Made by a program: the position numbers and the translations under genes
The notes under the pieces: model-generated
Told to the model about the DNA's origin: nothing
The model's input: only the letters and a program-made list of their open reading frames with translations
Database searches by the model: none
NCBI GenBank assembly: GCA_965235115.1
Contig: OZ249436.1
Span: 18,726,001 to 18,790,000 of the forward strand
DNA length: 64,000 nucleotides
Source of the DNA: Laetmonice hystrix
Taxonomy: Eukaryota
Direction: 5' to 3'
Shown here: in pieces, positions 30,501 to 40,300 of the stretch
How the letters are laid out: each line of letters starts with the position of its first letter
How positions within the stretch are numbered: position 1 is the stretch's first letter

Positions 30501-33406
30501 AATGGCGGCCCTGCACACCCTCCCACTGGTGGGGGTCCGAAGGGCGGAGGTGCCATTGCCACCCCTCCCAACCCACCCCACTACTACAAGTAAGCAGCAC
30601 TCCATAGCTTAAAATACGAGTACGTATAATAATCACCTTAGTGTTGAGGCAGGGTACCAGGTGGCTGCTGCTGCTGCTCTAAATCTTCTGCAGATCGAAA
30701 ACCGAGGTAGCGTTTTGCAGCCCACTGTTCTTTACTTCTTTTACCTATCTTAATTCTCTCCATTACCCATTAAAAATCTGTTTTTAAAAACAATCCTTTA
30801 GCCAAAAAGGTGTTTGGGCTTAAATGCTGGGAAATTTTCTGTGTAGTAGATCTAAAACCAAAGAATTTGGCTTTGGCTGTGATCACCGCGTGCCTGCTGT
30901 CAGCGCATATTAACAGGGCTTGTGCAGGTAAAGTAAGGTGCTGGGTGGATTTAACATGGTGGAGTAGACAGATATCTAAGGGTTCCACAATGCTAGTTGT
31001 AGAGGTAGTGGATGATTTATAAGCATCACGTGAGACAGAGTAGGCCTTCACTTGGTTCTGTGCATTGTATTCAGCTGCGGAGAAAACGGGAACGAGTACT
31101 ACTGCACAGATTAATAGGCATAAACCAGATCTATGCTTCAGGATACTAAAAAAAATCTTAGAATAAATTTACTTGACTTGGAGGGCAAAAGGTCCAGCGG
31201 CGAATGAATTTTGGCAGCAGGCCTGCAGGAGTCTGACTTTTTGTAATCTATAGTATCATTATTCAGATGTGTTTCAGAGCCACTGCTTGCTGCCATTCTC
31301 GTAGACAACAGTACACATAACATCCGCCTGATTCAGGCGCCCCCACAAATACAGTCGGTTCTTGCATGCTGTCATCTGTCATTCTCTGACAGTGCATGAA
31401 TAAACTGTGAGAAAACCTCTAGCCTCACTCACGACAAACACCACCCTTCTTTTGATTGGACCGGACTGAATACGCCTTGCTAGAGTTGCTCACTTTTGTT
31501 TTTGAAAGGGAATGCCCTTTGCTTAAAGGTGCTCTCTGAGTCATCATGCATGTCTTTACAGCAGTGAGATTAGGCTGAACAATTAGGTTTTCTTTCACAG
31601 TGGATACGATGATGAATATGGACGGCCCAAACAGAGGTATAATTGGCGTGGTGAAACAATTGTCTAGAGTCCAAGTGAGTGCTGACGTGAAGGTTTACTT
31701 TCTGGCAAAGACGCACTGCTTTGGAGTGGAATATGGACTTTATCAGATACTAGATTTTTTGTCTCACCATACAGGGTTACTTATTCAAAAGCTTTACTGA
31801 CATATTGTCATACATATTGTGATGTCCCCTTTTCGCCAAAATTTACTGATATCTCAAAATATGCATCACTATTTTGACAGTTTTCTGGATTTTGTTAAAA
31901 GGAATTGTAAACTAGTTGATGTACGCTTGCATCAAAATGCAAATATTTTCATTTGGCTTTTCTCTGTGCAGTACTGAATAGGCCTCCCTGTGCAGATTCT
32001 GTCATGCTCAAATTTTAATGATCACTGTTTTGTAGTGGGCTTAAATATTATGTTACTGTTAGACCATTCCAAATTTTGTCACATGAAAGGTGTCACCCGT
32101 TGGCCCAAATCGCACAGACATTGATTTGAGTTCTGATTTGAAAAGAGATTGGCAGCAGTAGCCTTTTTATAAGCGACGCACAGCCCGCAGACAAATGCTT
32201 AATCCGTAGTTTTATAGATGACTTAATGTCAGATTGTAATGTATGTACACGGACAATACTGTACGACCCGTAATTGAGGTATCACGGACGAATACATTGC
32301 ACTGAAATCATGAGAGGGTGCGTGGGAAACTCGTACAATAAAGGCTGACTCTGGGTATGGTGCTCACTGATATCACTTGATGCCTTCAAATTCGCCATCA
32401 TTTGAACCTCATTCGTTTTTATTTTAATTAAGGATAAATCTATTCTAAATGTCTGCGTAATCAGAGGCTATCAGTGTGGTCCATGTCAATCCAGAGTCAT
32501 TCTTTGAAATAAGTAGTAACCTCCTTGACTGTTTATTTTGTGTCTTGTTTAGTCCGAAAAGATCTGAATTAATGGCATTGTTAAAATCACAGATATAGAT
32601 TATCACGACAAGGGAAAAGGGGGAGGAAGGAAATACAAATTTGCATGCAATATCACTCAAATACAATATGGATGGTTGAGCTAGTAACATCCTCACACCC
32701 ACTGCCTCGACGCGGCAAAAAAGTTGCGCAGGAGAACGATGGTGATAATGTTATGGTTATAGGAAGCTGCAATACTAAAGTATCGTATGCATAGAACCCT
32801 GTTCGACGGGGACTCCACTTAGAGTTAGGAATAACTAACATTAGTGTGTGAACCATGATGTGGTAAGTGCATGGCTTGTACACAGCTCGTGCTGTACATA
32901 GAAAGCTTTATTGACTAACGTCGGTAAAGAAATAGCACCAAACTCAGGGGCGGATCCAGATCTGCTGCGCAAGGGGGGGGGGTTGTGCATTGTCGATTCT
33001 GGCCTCCTTTTAGTTCCCTATTCTAATTCCCCTTAGATCTAGTGATACATAAGGGAGAAAAAAAGAAAAATTCCCTCCTCTGGATCCGCCACTGAAATGG
33101 ATGCTATTGTTATCCTTCCTGTATCATATATTACTGTATTATTATATATTACGTAATCTTGCTTCCGGTCATCAACCGTTTTAAAAAATGGCAGCATCTT
33201 TACTTCCCGGTTTGTAATATACTTATAGCAAATGTAATTGTGAAGAACAGTAGTTAATGCTCAGAAAGAGGTCTTGACTTTCAGGTTTTAGAAATATTTT
33301 GTATTGTATGTGCATTCCATTTTTCAATTCTGCCAGGTATTAAGTGTACACTGTACTTTAATCTTTGTCTGTGCTGTTTTTCAGTAACCGTCCTGGGGCA
33401 TACTGA
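352..33406 (+). CDS. PROM1: Prominin (CD133-like pentaspan membrane glycoprotein), 5'-partial spliced gene; upstream exons lie outside the window
   Basis: Phase-consistent AG/GT exons: 352-573, 2306-2380, 2672-2735, 3909-3985, 4916-4992, 5228-5374, 5872-6007, (6589-6630), 9411-9481, 9794-9875, 10489-10641, 13296-13376, 13963-14055, 19170-19226, 19571-19660, 23009-23077, 23444-23533, 23790-23923, 26069-26122, 30359-30589, 31601-31636, 33385-33406. Prominin hallmarks: YRWYG..LCCVFLLIV..GLAFG, GANLLLAGVGFCFLFSWLLML, NCQENQGIYSAL, LGRCRPLY...FC...LNPFNGFWFSFGWC...PSIIIAVKLAGLYRK. Confidence 0.93.
2306..2380 (+). CDS. PROM1: Prominin exon (AQDVTDELNRVQNLVSADLPARIDE)
   Basis: tccag acceptor, GTAAGT donor, phase 0-0. 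Confidence 0.85.
2672..2735 (+). CDS. PROM1: Prominin exon (HIGKYEEIKTKVNSTISGEIS)
   Basis: ttgtag acceptor, GTAAGT donor, phase 0-1. Confidence 0.75.
3909..3985 (+). CDS. PROM1: Prominin exon (KVQSEASTILDQVKHEVQTVKEQLKP)
   Basis: ttgcag acceptor, GTAAGT donor, phase 1-0. Confidence 0.8.
4916..4992 (+). CDS. PROM1: Prominin exon (LQTALNDTKKPVRDIQPYLERYGNYR)
   Basis: polypyrimidine tract plus caag acceptor, GTAGGC donor, phase 0-2. Confidence 0.8.
5228..5374 (+). CDS. PROM1: Prominin exon, TM3 (WYGCIALCCVFLLIVLCFFMGLAFGAWG...GANLLLA)
   Basis: ttacag acceptor, GTAAGT donor; hydrophobic segment typical of prominin TM3. Confidence 0.92.
5872..6007 (+). CDS. PROM1: Prominin exon, TM4 (GVGFCFLFSWLLMLVCMILFLPGGVAHTEVCR...)
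   Basis: ttgcag acceptor, GTAAGT donor; conserved GVG..FLFSW motif. Confidence 0.92.
6589..6630 (+). CDS. PROM1: Candidate 42-nt symmetric prominin exon (PQEYFTLDTEYSRR)
   Basis: tttcag acceptor, CGG|GTGAGT donor, phase 0-0, open frame. Confidence 0.5.
7165..7740 (-). mobile_element. Inverted partial copy of the same family
   Basis: AACAAGACCC..GGAGTCACA..GGGACTAATTATCTGTGGGTC is the reverse complement of the 13075-13132 end. Confidence 0.65.
8712..8853. mobile_element. Small palindromic MITE
   Basis: GTTTCAATAAGCGCGTC...GACGCGCTTATTGAAAC inverted arms. Confidence 0.75.
9411..9481 (+). CDS. PROM1: Prominin exon (LVDILTKRLMRGTSLRNNVSTILR)
   Basis: tgtag acceptor, GTAGGG donor; phase 0-2 matches the next exon. 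Confidence 0.75.
9794..9875 (+). CDS. PROM1: Prominin exon (NCQENQGIYSALGLHKIIPLDNVFDID)
   Basis: aatag acceptor, GTAAGT donor; prominin C..N.G.Y..L motif. Confidence 0.88.
10140..10457. mobile_element. PIF/Harbinger-type MITE
   Basis: TAA|GGGCCGGTTCACACCTGGCTTA...TAAGCCAGATGTGAACCTACCC|TAA. Confidence 0.8.
10489..10641 (+). CDS. PROM1: Prominin exon (KYNVRSKLDELKNLNVDL...INFDAFYDE)
   Basis: strong polypyrimidine acceptor, GTAAGC donor. Confidence 0.88.
10805..13135 (+). mobile_element. Non-autonomous Helentron/HINE-like element with internal tandem repeats
   Basis: TTTTAGCCCCC start, (CCGT)n, repeated ATGACCTTGAGCGACCTTGAAAGGTCAATCAAGGTCAT units, end ...GGGTCTTGTT; sister copies at 18220-19040 and, inverted, 7165-7740. 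Confidence 0.65.
11659..12421. mobile_element. Tc1/mariner-pogo-type MITE nested in the HINE-like element
   Basis: TA|CAGTGGTCCCCCTC...GAGGGGGACCACTG|TA; splits the host consensus GCAATA/GTTAC. Confidence 0.88.
13296..13376 (+). CDS. PROM1: Prominin exon (LDKATTTEDLSSVENDLRSLANDLRAA)
   Basis: gatag acceptor, GTGAGT donor, phase 0-0. Confidence 0.82.
13963..14055 (+). CDS. PROM1: Prominin exon (GETAKADELEGHADTLKSIG...IEIKK)
   Basis: tttcag acceptor, GTAAGT donor. Confidence 0.85.
15029..15445 (+). mobile_element. Probable solo LTR; inverted fragment at ~45190-45345
   Basis: TGAAAG...CTTTCA termini, internal AATAAA at 15361, second copy in the window; no clean TSD. Confidence 0.55.
16382..16530. 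mobile_element. Short CAG(T/G)GGCGGATC-TIR element; relatives at 17699-17827, 32945-33094 and 51619-52832
   Basis: CAGTGGCGGATCTAGA...TCTGGATCCGCCTCTG flanked by GTAGG on both sides. Confidence 0.65.
18220..19040 (+). mobile_element. Second copy of the Helentron/HINE-like family
   Basis: colinear with 10805-13135. Confidence 0.7.
19170..19226 (+). CDS. PROM1: Prominin exon (DDLRTAVDGLRNAVDQDGM)
   Basis: ttacag acceptor, GTAGGA donor. Confidence 0.75.
19571..19660 (+). CDS. PROM1: Prominin exon (TLQQKTVTLITDLEQAQTKIKNDGALELRT)
   Basis: long pyrimidine tract plus ttag acceptor, GTGGGT donor. Confidence 0.8.
19755..22428. mobile_element. Tc1/mariner-type MITE with long TIRs, interrupted by the LINE
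   Basis: TA-TATCGGGTG...CACCCGATA-TA; inverted similarity between 19755-19950 and 22275-22428. Confidence 0.8.
20040..21830 (-). mobile_element. Decayed CR1-type LINE (ORF1, endonuclease start and RT C-terminus remnants; internal deletion)
   Basis: ORF fragments ERIARQRNIVIF/RLGQK/SIRQDMT (ORF1), YNIKGYD..GRGMLMYI (EN), LQRDID..W...LKFHLGKC..IGVTIDNKLTFDKH and RRYSF.HRCVNLWNNLPEDVV..APSVKSFERRLD (RT end). Confidence 0.88.
23009..23077 (+). CDS. PROM1: Prominin exon (LFINTSDNLYSKIQYDLNGLKKQ)
   Basis: ttccag acceptor, GTAAGC donor. Confidence 0.82.
23224..23387. mobile_element. Small palindromic MITE
   Basis: GCCCGGTTCGCGATACTAAGACATC...GATGTCTTAGTATCGCGAACCGGGC. Confidence 0.8.
23444..23533 (+). 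CDS. PROM1: Prominin exon (IESDLGRCRPLYQSLSGVVNIFCVNVLNPF)
   Basis: aacag acceptor, GTGAGT donor; prominin signature C.P...C...P.N. Confidence 0.92.
23790..23923 (+). CDS. PROM1: Prominin exon, TM5 (NGFWFSFGWCLAFFIPSIIIAVKLAGLYRK...FDDP)
   Basis: ttccag acceptor, GTAAGT donor; prominin signature N.FW. Confidence 0.94.
25748..25817 (+). CDS. PROM1: Candidate alternative terminal prominin exon (DSGARMFLSGQTNYHVLPTEPV*)
   Basis: preceded by a ~100-nt pyrimidine-rich tract and cttccag; phase 2 matches the TM5 exon. Confidence 0.5.
26069..26122 (+). CDS. PROM1: Prominin cytoplasmic-tail exon (NFDAYTGVYPGDNIPLE)
   Basis: caacag acceptor, GTAAGT donor, phase 2-2. Confidence 0.78.
26819..27324. 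mobile_element. MITE-like TIR element
   Basis: CGCGACCTTAGAATTA...TAATTCTAAGGTCGCG. Confidence 0.6.
30359..30589 (+). CDS. PROM1: Prominin cytoplasmic-tail exon (YDRRKNYRQ...PPNPPHYY)
   Basis: tgcag acceptor, AA|GTAAGC donor, phase 2-2; Tyr/Pro/Gly-rich open frame. Confidence 0.8.
31601..31667 (+). CDS. PROM1: Prominin tail exon (GYDDEYGRPKQ); spliced at 31636 or read through to RYNWRGETIV*
   Basis: ttcacag acceptor, phase 2; internal AG|GTATAA donor; in-frame stop at 31665-31667. Confidence 0.65.
33385..33406 (+). CDS. PROM1: Probable last prominin coding exon (SNRPGAY*)
   Basis: tttttcag acceptor, phase 2, TGA at 33404-33406. Confidence 0.55.
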
Positions 33407-34455
33407 GGACGACATTACAAAGTTACAATACAATTGGCAAGAAAGAATAGATGAGGGTTATTGGCCATTCACCTCGCAGGACACGGTGATCGACCTGTTT
33501 GATTGTACAAGCAGATAACATTACAAGTGACGCATAAAAAATTGGTCAATGATCGGCATTCTGTATTATAATCATGTAAACTTTGGTACTGTGCACTTTC
33601 CTGATGGTGACGATCTTAATGTTATTCTCTGTGAAATATAAGTGATATGGAACAATGCTACAGTATAGGATACCAAGAATACAAAGCAGTGTTAAAAGTC
33701 AGCCAAGAAACAACATAATTCCAGTGGGTGGATGCTACGTGTGTATTGCTTCGTCCCAGTGGTGCCGAACAAAGAGAAGTGTACATTAACGTGAAGGGGC
33801 CTGACAATGTTTTTTGTGAGAAGACCTTACAGGTATTTGTTCTGGGGACTGTCATTTTGTGCCTTAAGCAGTTAGGGGCAGACCATTTAATAGCTGGGGG
33901 GTTCAAAACTTGGAACTTGGGACCTATGATTTGGTCCCCCCCCCCCCCCGCCCACCTGTGAATATCTTCCGGCGCCTATGCCTGCGGAACAGAAATTTAC
34001 AGGATAACATAATGGTTGCTGCAGAATTATGTCCTGGAAAAAAAGTTTGTCTCTGCTACCTCGGGAAAAAAATTGTTTGCTTTTGATTAGGGAGTAAAAA
34101 AAAATGTTTTTTGTTGGAAGCAAAAAAAAAAGTTTGGTCAGAAAGAAAAAACATACCCTCCTCCCAGCTATTAAATAGTCTGCCCCTTAGTGACTTGCCT
34201 TTGAGCAGAGTGCATTTTGGAGACATGTCAACCATTTCCCGGCGTAAGTGTTGAATCAGGACCTGGTGTCAGAAATCTCCAAGCGGTGGTTCACCTAAAA
34301 TATTCAGAAAATGTCGGTATAATGTACCCTACAAAGTAGTGAATTCACAGTTGGTACACTTCCCATTGGTATAGCTTTGTGAACTAACTTGTAATCTATG
34401 GGTTGTTTGCAAATACTGGGCCCTGACTTCCCATTGGTATAACTTTGTCAACTAA

Positions 34456-34666
34456 AGTGCTAAACCCACCAAGGCGATTCCCCTTGCGACGGCCATGCGG
34501 TTTTTGATTTAATGGTGGAATTTCACTCTGAAATTTTTCCTGGCTGGCCTTCTCCGTTTCTGGAAATGGGTTCCATCCTTTAATCTCAAAATTACAGTAA
34601 AATAAAAGGGTGATGTCAAAATCGCATGGGCGTCGCAAGGGGAATCGCCTTGGTGGGTTCAGCACT
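34456..34666. mobile_element. PIF/Harbinger-type MITE with TAA TSD
   Basis: AGTGCTAAACCCACCAAGGCGATTCCCCTTGCGACG...CGTCGCAAGGGGAATCGCCTTGGTGGGTTCAGCACT. Confidence 0.85.
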
Positions 34667-37027
34667 TAACTTGTAATCTATGGGTTGTTTGCAAATACTG
34701 GGCCCTATTTTGTGTATAACCAAAAAGTATGTGAAAAAACTGATGTTGTACTTTACAGAAAGCCAACCAGTCATGTCTTAATATATCAGTAATTTATTGT
34801 TGGTATTGTGTGTTAAGCGGTCCGTCAACTGGAATCTGACGTGCCCTGTGTTGCCAACAGAATATCTGAGGAACAGGTCGACGAGGGAATTGGAAACACC
34901 AGCTTCCCTTATGTAGAATAGGACCAACGACCAACATTCACTTTCAGAAGGGTTAAACAGTGGCATTTTTTCTCATGAGGCGAGATAATGGGGAAGAGGT
35001 CATTTGGGTGGTTAATGGGCTTAATTTTCTCATCTGAGATCGCGCGTGAAGATTCTTGACAAAATATAACATTACGTAGTTTTTGAAAATTGTCGCCCCA
35101 AAAAGGACTATGGGTTAATTTGATATTGATGGCCTGTGTTTAGGGGTTAGATATAACATTTCACAATTGAATGAAACACCTGGGTATAGTTGAGATTTAA
35201 TTGACTTTTCGAGCCCTCTAGTCGTGAGAGGCAAGCAAATGAGAAGGGTGGAATCCACATGCGCGGTCACTTTTTAGTTTGTAGTGGTGTGTCGCAGCAT
35301 TTGCTCTCCTCCCACGACTAGTCAGCCTGAAAAGTCTCAATTAAATCACAAAATTACATAGGCCTATAATTTAATTTAAACGCACTTCGTGATACGACAT
35401 GCAGTAGTTATCGTTCGGCCTAGAATGTTACTGATCTAAATAAGGGGAGCTAGAATGGGGGATGAAAAGGGACCTGGAGTCGACAATTTGTATACGCAGA
35501 AAGAAAGAAATAGTAATTGTGTATCCCAGGCACCGTAGGTGCGAAGCAAAAGATAGGGTTTTTTTTCTTTGGCACTGGGGGGGGGGGGGTTCCAGTAACA
35601 CCCCCCCCCCCCCGGCTACGGCCCTGCTGGTCCCAATGGCTATTTGCTTATAGTCTTACCCACTGCCACTGGCCAGAACAAAGCCGTGGGTGGGGTTGTG
35701 AAGGAGGGCCACCTCCCAAAGTGCCGGCAGAAAATTTTTTATGGTAAATATTTGACACTGGGCAGTTGTAGGCCTACTCTCTTCCTTTAAGGTAAGAACT
35801 GACTTATGAAGGGTTTAACTTCTATGTGCCTTTGAAAGTTCGTGAGGGTGGAGAGGGGAGCCGGCCCCCTCTGGTTCCGACGCCCATGTCACATGTCCCA
35901 CCGTCCAGCCAAAGGCATGACCCGCGGGTGTCCTAAGTCTGGTCCTGTCTGTCCCTCCAATTACAGTCAGTCTTCACGACATTCTGTCCCTTGCGGGATG
36001 ATTAGGTCCCCGTTACCCTGTGCTCCTAGCATGATTTACACACGCTAATACGTGCCATATTGGTGCACGTAGTGCCTTAGTCCCGCCTTCAACCAGTAGT
36101 AGAGGGCACGTTATTTAAGTAAGGTGTAAATTGACCCCATGTTAATTGTGAATTCCTTGTTATTACGTTTGGCGGTATATTGAGGGCTACCATTCGTTCC
36201 AGGTTTTTCTTTTCTGGCCAACTCCACGTAAATGAAAAAGGAAGGGCAGGCAGTGATACGATATTATTTGGTTGAAATATCCAGGCATTACAGAACTCAG
36301 ATAGTAGTACCCCAGTGGTTCTCAGCCTTTTTTTTGACGCCGCCCAACTGACCAATATCCCCGTCTTGCCCTGTCTCTCCGAATCCCGATTCAAAGAAGC
36401 TGAACAACCTAAATTCTATACGGGTCTCAGCCCCCCCCCCCCCCCCCCCCCCAAGTCCCGAAAGCTCCAAAACGCCCGCTGGGCTGTTGAGAACCACTGT
36501 AGTACACCAGCCCTTCTCTAATATCCTAGAGTAAGTATAAATTAATACGTATTTACCCATGTTGTACAGAAATTTGTTTTAACAGTGGTTTGTAAATAAC
36601 ATTGTACATGGTAGATACTTTTAGACAAATGAACATTGTTGATTTTTTGAAGGAGTTTTAGCCCGTTTTGGCTAATTTTGAAAGTTAGATACTGAACGGC
36701 ACCAAACGACAGGCTAAACAGTGTATCTTCCCTTTTATGTGATGTCCACGGCATGAGTGGTTGAACCTGTACGGTTCTAATTGCGCGTTAAAGACATGTG
36801 TATCTTTGGTATAATGTGGCACAGTAGAGGATCCCGATTTTATTACATTACGCCTTTAGAATGCAAAAACTCATGTAAATGTAGTCCCAATGGCATGATA
36901 ATTTGATTTTAACAAAAGGATGTTTGCTTTCATAACATTGGACAACTAGAGTTCCGGATGGGTGTTGGTATGTGTAAAAGTAAGTTTCATTAAAGCAAAC
37001 GCCGACTGTTTCTTATTTCAATGACTC

Positions 37028-37339
37028 CAAAATGGAGACATAGGCTGTTACGTTAGAGAAGGCCTTAGGTTATGCAAGTCAATAAATCTATACCCACAGA
37101 AATGGAGAAATCTAATGAAATTCAACATTCCAGTTGCCTGTTGTCGCTATGATGCGATCGTCTTTTGGCTGGCTGGTGACCTGGCATTGACTTCAACAGC
37201 CAATAAAATTCATCAGTCCATAGATTGGTAATTTCATAGGCTCAAGTCGATCAATGCCAGGTCAACAATTTTGTCAACAAGCCATAATAATATTCATTAT
37301 ATTCATTATATTTCATGAACAGCCTATGTCTTCATTTTT
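37028..37339. mobile_element. MITE-like TIR element
   Basis: AAAATGGAGACATAGGCTGTT...AACAGCCTATGTCTTCATTTT. Confidence 0.65.
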
Positions 37340-40300
37340 GCTGAGAGATTTGGGAGGGTCGGGATTCAAAATACTTCAATATAATTTGTAGCCAAAAATG
37401 GTGTACCGGGTAATCGGTAAATCGGTTTTCTTTAAGGTCATGAGAAAATGGTAGTGAAATTGAAGGGGCTAGGGTTGAATGGGCATGCTAGAGACTCGGC
37501 AGGCAGCCTGCTAGCTGTGCCGGTTAATATGTTGAGGAAACCTACCTCCCGCTACCGACCCTATAAGATTGGATGGGTAACCATATCATTATTCATCAGA
37601 TGAACGCCTTTCTTTGAATGTTAATGTTGGAATCCCTTGGACTGTCGGTTTGTAGATGCCGAGTTTACTGGCATACCAAGTTTCGAAGGCAGTCAACATT
37701 TCCAAGAGGTGGTGTACCCAAATGAAAGTAACATTTCAGTGGGGAGCCTTGCCCATCTTACTTATTGGTTGAATTCCCAATTTTCCCAATTCTAGTCATC
37801 TAGGATTTTAAAAAAATACCAGACTGAAAACAAATATGTGAGGTGTGCTTATTAAAATGAGAAATAAGATAGGGTCTTAATGTAATGTAGTACCGGGGGA
37901 CTGCTGGAAATGAAGACTATTTTTGAGAAATGCAGTAAGTCCACGCCAAATTTAGGATCCAGTGCAATACGCCAAAGACATGAAGCCCAAATAGAATGCA
38001 TTGGAACTACGTGCCTTTAATTCATAGTACTTTAACAAAAGTAATGCTTGTTATAAATAGCAGTCTTTACAGGCCAATTGTCCTTCAGCCTCGACACGTG
38101 GGGCAGTGTGTCAAGTGCCTTGGGGTACCACTTTCGTCAGACGCCTTATACTTGGAGGAGACTGGTAGATACAGACTTCGCCTCATGTGTTCATAAACCA
38201 CGTGGCCTTAGTTCGGTAAACACCTGCTACATCAAGTTTAATGGCCCAGTTTCTAGCACTGCGAATACATTTTGTACTGGCAAGCATCGAGTTGAGGTTT
38301 TTGATGAAATGTTCAGTATGCAAGTTAACTATAGGCGTCAGGGGAATCATTTTGTGGTTGTATATTTTTCAGTGAATCTTTGATATACAAATGTACCAGA
38401 GAATAAAAGTTATGATTATTTTATGTATGGCGTGTACATTCCTCGGCCAGCCATTATTGGCAACCACACCGCAGCCCACCAGATACACCTTTCATTGACC
38501 CGAACCCCTCCCCAGTCAGCCACCAGAAAGGCCTATATCTTGCCATGATACAAACAAAATTGCTTCAAATAATTTATAGATTTAACATCTTCCCGTTTGG
38601 CGTTAACCAAGATTCAGTTTGCTAAATTTATATTTGAATACCGTGACAAGTAGTTTTTTCCCCAATTGATAATAAGTAGGTTGGGTAGATAGTTTGCAAT
38701 TTTAAAATGTATTTAAAAGAATAGAGCAAAGTTTAACTAGCAATAAGGCCAGAGGTGCTGCATTGCTTCCAGGAATAATTGTTTGTCAGGGCGGTAGGGA
38801 GGTGCTAAGTCACTCGCAGCTTGGTAACTACGCACCTGCCACCAGCTAACGGTACCCAAATGAACATAATAATTGGGTCATTCCATGTCAAATCATCAAA
38901 TTTTCAGAAAAATCCCCGGGTGACCCCCTTAGAATTCAACCATTTTTTGCATACATGTACTATTTTGAACCCCTGCAAAAATTTTAGGGCAAAATATCCA
39001 ATAGTTTTGAAGATATGACCCTTTAACCATGCCTTGGGGGATGTGAATTTCGCGAGCTTTTTTTTTCGCGTGTTATTTTTCATGTCGTGTTCAAGACCCA
39101 GTCGGCTCTACCTCGACAGATGGCAGATCCATTCGGAACACCGAGCCCTTTACGATGTAGAGAGACTCGGATACCAATCGGAGGTCGCCATATTGGGTCA
39201 GATGGGGTCAGCGCACTATTGTCGTAGCGTCCCATGTAAACAACGGCCCGTGTCTGGGCTGTGGTGTTGTCAATAGACGGCTTTCTTCGTTAATAGTTGG
39301 CAAAAAACTGAAACCGAATTTGTTACGGATTGTAGCCTTTCTTGACAATGACATTAAACCATGAAAACGTGGACTATTCCTTATTTAGCATGTATCACTA
39401 TGATCCGTGTGATAAGAGGATCGAATCAAGGTAGCCTGTCAAACCGTTACACGCCACCGTTGGCGTTGAATCGTAACACCCGTTTTTCTGTGACGGTTTG
39501 AACTTTGACTTCTTTCATTTTACGCCGATTGTGACGATTCATTTTGACGACTTGACTCTCATGTTAAGCGTTATGTTGAACACCCTTGTGTTGAATCCAG
39601 TCAAATCAAGGTAAATATGCCTAATATGGCAAATCCATAGGCCTACTCAAAGTGCTTCAATATTATGAGCCAGGGCGACTCGGAGCGCGCGGACCGCCGG
39701 GCCGCCCTAGCTGTCCCCACCGGGAGCCACCCGCGCGGCCCTGCAGAGCTGTCGCGAAGTTGCCGGGTCATTTTATTCGATTAATCTATGTTTGGTCAAA
39801 GTTGTTAACGTAACAACAACTTTATAATGATATCTGGTCTATATGAGTTTACTAACACCATTAATAGAGGCTCTACCCACTATATATATAAGGGACTCAA
39901 TTTTTGCCGGCATCTCACTACCTGTGCCAGTCTTGTGACATTGCGCACTGGGGCGATACATGGAATCCATGTATATCAATGCGTCGAGGGGTGTCCCAGT
40001 CTCGATCATCCAGACCCTCAGCGGCCCGAGCAGAGGGTCTGGAAAAGTTCCTATGTGAGAGTTGTTCGTTTCGTTGAGCCCGTAAGCGGCCCGTTTACTC
40101 GGTTCCAGTTTCCGGTTTGCTTGCAGCTGATTGGTCCATTCCGAAAATCTATCAAGAGCCGGAGCATGGGGGGGGGGGGGTCGCATGCAGCGACCGAGCG
40201 TGGGAATATCAAGCCGGACAGGGCGTGAGCAGGTGATCCCGTCGTCGGGCCTGCCGGCGTATTCACGCGTCCCACAGAATCTAGCCATTCACTCGTTTTT

